The notes below the pieces were generated by a model. That model had not been told where the DNA came from. It worked only from the letters and a program-made list of their open reading frames with translations, and did not search any database. From an uncultured Candidatus Poseidoniales archaeon (lineage in GTDB: Archaea; Thermoplasmatota; Poseidoniia; Poseidoniales; Thalassarchaeaceae), in the NCBI GenBank assembly GCA_964645485.1, contig CAZXZO010000004.1:98452-109893 (forward strand): DNA of 11,442 nt, written 5' to 3'. Numbering within the stretch: position 1 is the first letter of the stretch; each line of letters begins with the position of its first letter. Of the stretch, positions 1-6,640 are shown in pieces. Made by a program: the position numbers and the translations under genes.

Positions 1-116
1 CATCAGTTATTCACTAGAATTGTGATTTTACAATTTAGTCTATTTGCTAATTCCAAATAACTGTGAACTTATTCCTCAAATGTGGATTGCATCAGTTTTT
101 CACTCGAATTGTCATT
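1..116. repeat. Imperfect 27-nt direct repeat, two copies with an 89-nt period; the first copy touches the window edge
   Basis: 1-27 catcagttattcactagaattgtgatt versus 90-116 catcagtttttcactcgaattgtcatt, 24/27 identical; non-coding region downstream of the archaeosortase gene. Confidence 0.8.
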
Positions 117-174
117 CCCCAAATATTCTTTCCCGAAGGCAGAGTTCAACAATTCAGAACACAAATGAAAATTT

Positions 175-1110
175 TCATTCTTCTTCCTCGGATTCATTTG
201 GCCAATGAAGTTTCATCGTAGCAAATGAGGCTAATATTCCACTGATTAACAGATGTCTCCAAGCCTTACCTGAGATATCTTCCCACTGACGTACCTCTTC
301 TGCACAGTAAGCACTTACAATTTCTTCACAACCCTCTGCCTTGAGTTGTTGTTGTTTTGCTTCCTCATCCAAAACAAGGGTGTATAATGGGGAAGTTGCA
401 AAAATTCCTGCAATTATTAGAACCACTAACAATGCTGGTGTTAGTGGTTGGCGTTGTGAAACGCGCGATGGTAATGCAAATCGTATATTCAAGTCGCCTG
501 ATTGCTTTGTTTTGGCCGGTCCACCAACTGCCAAGTACCACGCTGTCCATCCTATCACGATAACTAAAAGAAATCCAATATCAAGCATAAATTGATGAAA
601 TTCCCACATTGGTGCCCAACAACCATACATGCCTGGATTATCCACACAGCCATTCACAGCTAAGGGATAGAGAACAACTAGGCGAACCAAGTTTAACACA
701 CTGAGAACCCCAGCCATGACAAATATGCCTCTTAATTTCAGGCGGTTAGAGACACCGGGTGTCATCCAAATCATGAATGAAACGAATGCAATCTCGTGGA
801 TACCTGCACATTCATCTGTGACTTCTAACGCGTCTATACTGCTGCCGACAAATGATGCATGAGTGAACTGAAGAATTGTTGCGGGCCCATCTCTAGAAAC
901 GTATGAAACGCTTTCTGAGCCAAAAATCAGGGAGTGTGTGTTGTACCATGCCCAAGTGAGAAACTCTTGATAAATTGCAAAACTATCATTGGGATATGTA
1001 AGCCACCGGTAGAACAATTCTGCGACAATTAGTAGACCAACGACTACGCCAATTATTTTCAATCTGTCAGCGATTTCCGACCACGAGACATCATCCTCTG
1101 GTCGTTCCAT
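175..1110 (-). CDS. Archaeosortase/exosortase family membrane protease (transpeptidase) with a C-terminal two-TM extension
   Basis: Multi-TM 311-aa protein with the family's Cys-Arg-His set in the expected order: VTDEC101AG, LN140LVR143L, FH172Q; subfamily not assignable by eye. Confidence 0.85.
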   Translation of the reverse strand: MERPEDDVSWSEIADRLKIIGVVVGLLIVAELFYRWLTYPNDSFAIYQEFLTWAWYNTHSLIFGSESVSYVSRDGPATILQFTHASFVGSSIDALEVTDECAGIHEIAFVSFMIWMTPGVSNRLKLRGIFVMAGVLSVLNLVRLVVLYPLAVNGCVDNPGMYGCWAPMWEFHQFMLDIGFLLVIVIGWTAWYLAVGGPAKTKQSGDLNIRFALPSRVSQRQPLTPALLVVLIIAGIFATSPLYTLVLDEEAKQQQLKAEGCEEIVSAYCAEEVRQWEDISGKAWRHLLISGILASFATMKLHWPNESEEEE

Positions 1111-1130
1111 GTATGGTTGATGAGACTCCT

Positions 1131-1141
1131 CCCTATCAAAA
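1131..1141 (-). promoter_or_regulatory. TATA-like element (TTTTGATAGGG) for the archaeosortase gene, probably leaderless
   Basis: TTGA begins at 1139, 29 nt upstream of the ATG at 1110; no properly spaced SD. Confidence 0.5.
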
Positions 1142-1155
1142 CAATGTCTCTGAAT

Positions 1156-1166
1156 GGGTTGAAAAG
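1156..1166 (+). promoter_or_regulatory. TATA-like element (GGGTTGAAAAG) for tusA-ribA
   Basis: Same motif class as the other promoters in the window; the predicted start near 1188 is followed by SD-like GAGGA (1189-1193), 7 nt before ATG 1201. Confidence 0.45.
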
Positions 1167-1200
1167 TGGCAGTATGCTCGAACTTAGCGAGGATGCATAG

Positions 1201-1419
1201 ATGCTTACCCTAAATTTGCTCGGATACCATTGCCCAGTGCCGGTTCATGAGACAAGGAAGGCCTTAGTGGGAATGGAAAGAGGAACCACTCTTGAGGTAA
1301 TTGCTGATGATGCTGAGACAAAGCATGATATCCCATTGTTACTAGACAGGATTGGAGCAAGATTGCTCTCTCTTGTAGAGGATGCTGGCGAAATTAGATT
1401 TATTATTGAGAAACAGTGA
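1201..1419 (+). CDS. tusA: Sulfurtransferase TusA/SirA family protein
   Basis: 72 aa; TLNLLGYHCPVP (CPxP motif), LEVIADD..TKHDIP, C-terminal RFIIEK; family-level assignment. Confidence 0.9.
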   Translation: MLTLNLLGYHCPVPVHETRKALVGMERGTTLEVIADDAETKHDIPLLLDRIGARLLSLVEDAGEIRFIIEKQ

Positions 1420-1428
1420 GTTGATTAA

Positions 1429-2070
1429 ATGGATAATGAAAACAATGTTTCTATTCATGAGGCTGAAGATATTCCGGCTGATGCTAGTTTACCAACTGAA
1501 TTTGGCAATTTTAGAATCCGTGTTTTTCATGAAGAATCAACTAATTTAGACCATGTTGCATTAACTCTAGGGAACATGATTGGACCGGACCCAGTGCTAG
1601 TCCGAATTCATTCAGAATGTCTGACAGGGGATGCTTTTGGAAGCCTAAGGTGTGATTGTGGTCCACAATTGAAATCTGCAATGGAAATTATTCATCAGGC
1701 TGGTTGGGGCTGTGTTGTATATCTACGTCAAGAAGGAAGAGGAATTGGTCTTCGAGAGAAGATAAAAGCCTATCATCTACAAGATGAAGGGATTGACACT
1801 TTGGATGCAAATATTATGCTCGGGCACCCTGCTGATGCGCGGGACTATAGAATAGCAGCAGAAATTTTGAAAGCAATAAATATCCAAGAAGTTAGCCTGT
1901 TGACAAATAATCCCGACAAAGTAGATCAGATGAATAATCTCGGGATTGAAGTAGCTGAACAAATACCCTTAGTTGTCGGTGTTGGGGAAGACAATATTGA
2001 GTACCTTTCAACCAAAGTACAGAGAATGGGTCATTCAATAGATCTTGATTCACTTAACGACACAAAGTGA
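1429..2070 (+). CDS. ribA: GTP cyclohydrolase II (monofunctional, bacterial-type)
   Basis: VRIHSECLTGDAFGSLRCDCGPQL (three Zn-ligand Cys), YLRQEGRGIGL, DARDY, LLTNNPDK, NxxYLxTKxxRMGH. Confidence 0.97.
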   Translation: MDNENNVSIHEAEDIPADASLPTEFGNFRIRVFHEESTNLDHVALTLGNMIGPDPVLVRIHSECLTGDAFGSLRCDCGPQLKSAMEIIHQAGWGCVVYLRQEGRGIGLREKIKAYHLQDEGIDTLDANIMLGHPADARDYRIAAEILKAINIQEVSLLTNNPDKVDQMNNLGIEVAEQIPLVVGVGEDNIEYLSTKVQRMGHSIDLDSLNDTK

Positions 2071-2117
2071 ATTCATTAACACATTCTACACACTTTTTCA
2101 ATGTCTAGACAGATTGT

Positions 2118-2143
2118 GAATTGGCTAGATTTTTTGCCAATTC
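2118..2143. terminator. Inverted repeat between convergent ribA and tRNA-His; possible bidirectional terminator
   Basis: gaattggc (2118-2125) / gccaattc (2136-2143), 8-bp stem with a T-rich 10-nt loop. Confidence 0.45.
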
Positions 2144-2154
2144 TGTAGAGTGAG

Positions 2155-2227
2155 GGCCGCGACCGGGAATTGAACCCGGGCTGGCAGGACCACAACCTAC
2201 CGTCCTAACCCCTAGACCACCGCAGCC
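2155..2227 (-). tRNA. tRNA-His (GUG), intron-less, G-1 genomically encoded, CCA not encoded
   Basis: Minus strand GGCTGCGGTGGTCTAGGGGTTAGGACGGTAGGTTGTGGTCCTGCCAGCCCGGGTTCAATTCCCGGTCGCGGCC; anticodon loop TT-GTG-GT (plus-strand cac at 2191-2193); T arm GGG-TTCAATT-CCC; G-1:C73 pair typical of tRNA-His. Confidence 0.97.
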
Positions 2228-2250
2228 AATAGGTGTCCCGCCCACATACA

Positions 2251-2265
2251 CCCCCCTAATCAACC
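2251..2265 (-). promoter_or_regulatory. TATA-like element (GGTTGATTAGGGGGG) for tRNA-His
   Basis: TTGA starts at 2263, 36 nt upstream of G-1, which implies a short 5' leader. Confidence 0.45.
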
Positions 2266-2290
2266 GTTCTACCCTGTCATGAAAGCGAGG

Positions 2291-2299
2291 GGTTGAAGG
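2291..2299 (+). promoter_or_regulatory. TATA-like element (GGTTGAAGG) for the surface protein gene, probably leaderless
   Basis: TTGA starts at 2293, 29 nt before ATG 2322; purine-rich BRE-like gaaagcgagg upstream; no SD. Confidence 0.5.
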
Positions 2300-2321
2300 C
2301 TATCCCCTACACGCACAGTCT

Positions 2322-4715
2322 ATGGAACGACGCGCAAATGGTGCTATTGCCACGTTACTAAGCCTCTTGATGCTCTCGAGCCTCTCTCTTCCAGTTGCTG
2401 GGGATGTTGTGATACGTTCAGAAGTAGTCGACCTTTTTCCCTCAGGCTCTTTCGATAATGCTAGCGAGTGGGATCTTACTACTCAATATGGATTTACTCC
2501 TGGTGTTCAAGCTCACTGGACAGAGGCAATGATCACAGATAGTCATCTCTCATTTACCCATGAAAGACCTCAAAACGTTGAAGAAGATACAAGTTGGGCT
2601 GCATATTCACCTACAAGTAGTAATCTTTCTTTGGGGGTTCCAGATGGTGGTTATAGTTGGAGTAAGGGGCCAGAAATTGAACTTACAAGTTTTGATATGA
2701 CTGGGATGTCAAATAATCCATTAATGAATGCAACTTTATTGGTTGCTTTTGCAATTCCTGAAACTCTTCAAGATGATCAGGTGCGAATTGAACTAGAATG
2801 GGATGGAAACATCGAATTGTTGGCAAATTTTGCACACACTCCGTCAGCGATTGACAATATGCAAGGCAACCCACTTGAATTATCTCTTGATGGAATCACA
2901 AACTGGACATGGAGTCAGTTAGAGAATTTGTTAGTCACTGTTGATTATGTTTCGGTGGGAGGCATAGATGACAGTGAAGTACGGGTTGATGCAATAGGAA
3001 TCAAAGTAGTTCATCAAAGCCAATGGTCAGGACTAGATTCTGGAAAGGCTGTTTATTCTGAACTCTTAACGATGTCTCCTTTCAATGATTTTGTTTTGTC
3101 TTCGGGTAGCCAAAATAATCTCATCACTACTAGTTGTGGACTTGAGGTGGTAACAGGTGGGAACCCTGGTGGTTGGGTTACACCGCCGCTACAGTTGCCA
3201 TATGACCAGACGTGGGGCCGCATCCATTTATTCGGTAATGCAAGTGTATCAATTGAGATACAGAGCAGTTCTGATGGCTTAAATTGGGATTCTGGGGTTG
3301 GAATTACAGATGGATCACTTATCTCAGCAGGAAATTATCTTCGCGCTGACATCGTTATTTTTGATGGATGTATATCAGGTTTAAGAGTTGATTTCAATGA
3401 CCCCACACTCTCCATAAACGGTGAAATTACCGGGGTAACTGATGGGTTACAAGCAGAGTATAGTTACCTAAGTTTTGCAATGGGAACCAATTTAATTTCA
3501 ACTCAGCCAATGGAAGTAGGGACATTCTCACTTTCATTCCCTGTGGGTAGATATCTTCCAGTGAATGGTGAAACATTAGATGTCGGAGTAGGAGCCCGGT
3601 TTTACTGGTCATCAATTGGAATTCCAGAGACAGTGGTCGCGCAAATTGAGGACATCACACTCTCAGGCGGATTTTTTGTAGAATGGGATTTGGATCCAAT
3701 TTGTGAAAGACCCGCAGATGTTTACCTGAATGAAGATGGAATAGGTGATGTAGTTTCTTTCAGGAACTCCTGTAGTGATGATATTACACCAGTTGACAAT
3801 CTCTTGGTAACTGCACAGAGTCAAAACGAATCTCTTGTAGAAGTTAGTGTTGAGGATGGTAGATTGGTATTCAATCAACAACAAGAACAATCAGGAATCG
3901 CACCGGTCGATATCAACGCCATAGATGAAAGAGGTAACTTTTGGTCCACCACTATTGATGTAATCATTGCTTCAGTTGATGACCCTCCTACCTATGATAA
4001 TCTACCTCAGGAGGTTCTTGTTCCAGTCGGTGACCCAGTTACGATTACTCTAAATGTTCAGGATATTGATACTGGAATTGGACAAGTATCAATTGTTACT
4101 GACGCTTCTTGGGCTACCGTTGATCAATATCGCAACCTAAACTTAGCACCCTTATCTCCGGGGACATTTGATATTTCAATCTCCATTTCTGATGGCACTA
4201 CTACATTCACAGAATCAATTACTGTCTTAGCAACATCAGACCCTGATTTATTGATTGAGAGTGTCGAATTTGATTCCGAAAAAATGATTATTGGCTCAGT
4301 CAATGAGATCAAAGTTTGGGTCCGAAATGAAGGATTAAGTCCAGCATCATTAGTCAGTATCCGGTGTTTCAACGGTCAAACACTCATAGGTAGTGCAAAT
4401 ATAACTCATATTTCGGCACAGGGTTTAGAATCAGCATCATGTCATTGGCAATTACCAATGGATTCAGGTAACACATCTTTGAGAGTTTATGTTGACCCAA
4501 CACATGACATTTTTGAAATTTCTGAAACTAATAATGAATACTCATCCTCAGTTCGAGTTTTGCCTCTAAACAATTCTGGAACAACCGATGCTCAACAAGA
4601 CTCGTGGATATCCACTTTACCTCCAAGTGCAATGTGGATTTTAGCCGTGACAATTATCTTAGGAGCAATTATTGCATTACAATTGGGGCCTGGCAAAATA
4701 AGGCGAGAAGTTTAA
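2322..4715 (+). CDS. Secreted, membrane-anchored cell-surface glycoprotein with cadherin-like repeats and a CARDB domain
   Basis: Signal peptide MERRANGAIATLLSLLMLSSLSLPVAG; beta-rich acidic body; cadherin-like units (YLNEDG..DD..AIDERG..SVDDPP; DIDTG..SISDG; aa ~465-637); CARDB (PDLLIESV..VRNEG..VYVDPTHDIFEISETNN; aa ~641-746); nine N-x-S/T sequons; TM aa 770-788 followed by GKIRREV. Confidence 0.85.
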   Translation: MERRANGAIATLLSLLMLSSLSLPVAGDVVIRSEVVDLFPSGSFDNASEWDLTTQYGFTPGVQAHWTEAMITDSHLSFTHERPQNVEEDTSWAAYSPTSSNLSLGVPDGGYSWSKGPEIELTSFDMTGMSNNPLMNATLLVAFAIPETLQDDQVRIELEWDGNIELLANFAHTPSAIDNMQGNPLELSLDGITNWTWSQLENLLVTVDYVSVGGIDDSEVRVDAIGIKVVHQSQWSGLDSGKAVYSELLTMSPFNDFVLSSGSQNNLITTSCGLEVVTGGNPGGWVTPPLQLPYDQTWGRIHLFGNASVSIEIQSSSDGLNWDSGVGITDGSLISAGNYLRADIVIFDGCISGLRVDFNDPTLSINGEITGVTDGLQAEYSYLSFAMGTNLISTQPMEVGTFSLSFPVGRYLPVNGETLDVGVGARFYWSSIGIPETVVAQIEDITLSGGFFVEWDLDPICERPADVYLNEDGIGDVVSFRNSCSDDITPVDNLLVTAQSQNESLVEVSVEDGRLVFNQQQEQSGIAPVDINAIDERGNFWSTTIDVIIASVDDPPTYDNLPQEVLVPVGDPVTITLNVQDIDTGIGQVSIVTDASWATVDQYRNLNLAPLSPGTFDISISISDGTTTFTESITVLATSDPDLLIESVEFDSEKMIIGSVNEIKVWVRNEGLSPASLVSIRCFNGQTLIGSANITHISAQGLESASCHWQLPMDSGNTSLRVYVDPTHDIFEISETNNEYSSSVRVLPLNNSGTTDAQQDSWISTLPPSAMWILAVTIILGAIIALQLGPGKIRREV

Positions 4716-4734
4716 GATTGTAATACTCAATACT

Positions 4735-4755
4735 TGGTCAACAAAATGTTGACCA
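4735..4755. terminator. Perfect 9-bp inverted repeat 20 nt after the surface protein stop
   Basis: tggtcaaca-aaa-tgttgacca. Confidence 0.5.
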
Positions 4756-4948
4756 CAACTTAACGTGGATGCATTAATTGGTTTGGATTAGGCTTAGTCT
4801 GAAGTAAAATTAAGCGATATTTTTGGCTGAGCAATCTTGGAATCATGCTTTTACAAGGTATTGAATTATGGCATATGAAGTCCACTTAAGGACGGATAAT
4901 CTCTGCTTTTCGCAAAATGGTTATAGGTAGCCCGTGAGTGAAAAGTTT

Positions 4949-5011
4949 GCTTTCGCAATGTCAGCAGCGTCTGACGGGGGGCGGAAGCGGGGGTATTTGC
5001 GATGGGAAAGC
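4949..5011 (+). ncRNA. Candidate small structured RNA; strand uncertain
   Basis: GC-rich patch (4960-5006, 32/47 GC) in an AT-rich spacer; nested pairings gcttt/aaagc, cgcaa/ttgcg, gtcag/ctgac; TATA-like GGTTATAGG at 4919-4927. Confidence 0.25.
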
Positions 5012-5061
5012 TGAAGATTCGCCTTGAAACTGAAGAGTGGATATACGAAGAATATGATTTA

Positions 5062-5113
5062 AATTGAAGTTTTAATCAATGGAAACGATTCGACTTCAAT
5101 TCCTTCAATGGAA
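5062..5113. terminator. Inverted-repeat cluster downstream of cbf5; probable operon terminator region
   Basis: aattgaagt (5062-5070) / acttcaatt (5093-5101) with inner aatc/gatt; adjacent aattcc/ggaatt hairpin; tcaatggaa repeated at 5076 and 5105. Confidence 0.35.
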
Positions 5114-5132
5114 TTGTTCTAGACTCAGATGG

Positions 5133-6092
5133 TTACCATCGTTTAGGATATACATCTGTAGCCATTAACACCAGGTTGGGCCTAGCTACTTCCCCACCCT
5201 TCATGTTAGGCACATCCTCACCATTTACAGTCATTGTAGCCAATGCGACAGCCTCACCCTTTAGTGAAACCATTAGCACTTCGTCCCCTCTTTGTAAGTC
5301 GCTGTGTAGCCCGACAACCCCTACGGAAGCCAGAGGTGCTCCATGAGCAACCGCTGCCACAGCTCCATCCTTTAGGGTAATTATGGGGAGCCCAGATAAT
5401 AGAGATTCTACAGGAAGAAGAATTTTTTTCATTGCAGAAGGTTGGTCAAGTTCCTTCCATAGGTGTATGGCATCAGTCAACTGGTGCATGCTTACAGCAT
5501 TATCTTCTGAAAAAGAACCACTTTTGCTTCTTCGTAATTCAAGCAACTCTACTTCCCCGCCTAAAATTAATCCCATATCTCTGCTCATCGTTCTGATATA
5601 TGTCCCGGCTTCACAGTGAATTGATGTGAGAATAATCCGGTCATCCCGCTCAATCAAATCAAATTTTGATATCGTCCTCTGCCTTACTTGTACTTTCACT
5701 GCAGATTCTTTCGGAGGAACGTTATGTATTCGACCTGATAGTGAAGAAATTGCCTTTTCAAGTTCATCATCACTCACTCCTTTTGGAAGTTTGAAAACAC
5801 AAACATAAGTCTTGTCACCTTTCAGTATACGTCCTGTTAATCGAGTTGCGCTCCCTGAAAGAAGGACCAATCCACCAGTAGCAAACGGATCTAGAGTACC
5901 GCCATGGCCTAATTTTTCCACACCTAACATGTCTCTAATCCACGCTGCTAATTGGTGACTACTAGGCCCTGCTGGTTTATCCAAGAGAACCCAACCACTG
6001 GTCAATAGTTCATCGACAGTTCTTCGATCTGGGGGGCAACCATATTTTGAGTCAGTAGTTGCATCTGTGTCTAGAATTGTCATTTTTTGCAT
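5133..6092 (-). CDS. cbf5: H/ACA RNA-guided pseudouridine synthase Cbf5 (TruB family) with PUA domain
   Basis: YGCPPDRRT, LDKPAGPSSHQ, GHGGTLDP (catalytic Asp), CEAGTYIRT, LRRSKSG, PUA domain, DVYPKRW end; start moved from the track's 6131 to ATG 6092, which lies 1 nt after the cmk stop with SD GAGGAG 9 nt upstream. Confidence 0.96.
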   Translation of the reverse strand: MQKMTILDTDATTDSKYGCPPDRRTVDELLTSGWVLLDKPAGPSSHQLAAWIRDMLGVEKLGHGGTLDPFATGGLVLLSGSATRLTGRILKGDKTYVCVFKLPKGVSDDELEKAISSLSGRIHNVPPKESAVKVQVRQRTISKFDLIERDDRIILTSIHCEAGTYIRTMSRDMGLILGGEVELLELRRSKSGSFSEDNAVSMHQLTDAIHLWKELDQPSAMKKILLPVESLLSGLPIITLKDGAVAAVAHGAPLASVGVVGLHSDLQRGDEVLMVSLKGEAVALATMTVNGEDVPNMKGGEVARPNLVLMATDVYPKRW

Positions 6093-6093
6093 A

Positions 6094-6639
6094 TCATTCA
6101 ACTCCTCTTTTTTCAAGTTCGGCTTCAACAAGGTTGGCTACTTCATCTGCTGTTAGAGTATCAGAATTGATGATGAGATTGTACGGTGTTTGGTCATCTA
6201 ATGAAATTCCATAGAGATTGTGGTATCTAATTTGGTCAGCCTCCATCCTACTGTGGATTCTTGTAAGTGCATCTTGCTGGTTCCCTCCTTCTCTTTTCAC
6301 AACTCTGTTCGCTCTTTCTTCTGGCGTCACTGAAATCCACAATCGGATGCAGTCAATCTCCCTTTGATATGCCCACCAACCACTCAATCGTGATTCAACA
6401 ATCTCAGGACCATTTTCATCTAACATTGCAGAAATTAGTCTTTCATCAAGTGATTTATCAACCTCTGGCTCAGAATCACAAAGTGCTGAAAATTCTTCCA
6501 ATGAAATTCCCCGTTCTGCTGAAATAGCACGAAAAACAGCACCCCCGTTGAGGTGGGACCATCCTCTGTTCTGACAAAGTTTGGTAACTAATGTGCTTGT
6601 TCCACTTCCTGGGTGTCCACTCACCGTTAGGTGAACCAC
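6094..6639 (-). CDS. cmk: Archaeal cytidylate kinase
   Basis: TVSGHPGSGTST P-loop, GGAVFR, VDKSLDERL, VESRLSGW, LWISVTPEERANRV, RYHNLYGI; sits in the canonical DUF106-cmk-cbf5 context; start moved to GTG 6639 (SD GGAGG 7 nt upstream, 1 nt after the DUF106 stop). Confidence 0.92.
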   Translation of the reverse strand: MVHLTVSGHPGSGTSTLVTKLCQNRGWSHLNGGAVFRAISAERGISLEEFSALCDSEPEVDKSLDERLISAMLDENGPEIVESRLSGWWAYQREIDCIRLWISVTPEERANRVVKREGGNQQDALTRIHSRMEADQIRYHNLYGISLDDQTPYNLIINSDTLTADEVANLVEAELEKRGVE

Positions 6640-6640
6640 A

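Noticed and set aside
1174-1200. In-frame upstream ORF MLELSEDA ending in TAG immediately before the tusA ATG, suggesting amber readthrough
   Set aside because: ATG 1174 lies upstream of the transcription start predicted from the 1159 element, ATG 1201 has its own SD, TusA proteins commonly start at this position, and no pyrrolysine machinery is visible
2155-2227. tRNA-His as a possible integration site for a genomic island
   Set aside because: No integrase, no duplicated tRNA 3' fragment and no compositional break in the window
5093-5119. Minus-strand GAACAATTCCATTGAAGGAATTGAAG resembles archaeal CRISPR repeats ending in GAATTGAAAG
   Set aside because: Single copy with no repeat-spacer periodicity and no cas genes; explained by the local terminator-like inverted repeats
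6071-6086. ctagaattgtcatttt in the cbf5 5' end matches 14-29 of the left-edge repeat at 15/16 positions
   Set aside because: It is constrained coding sequence (MTILD) in an AT-rich genome and most likely coincidence
6592-6621. Cmk P-loop has Thr in place of the Walker A Lys (GSGTST)
   Set aside because: The GxGT[ST]T variant is known in euryarchaeal cytidylate kinases, so it is not evidence of inactivation
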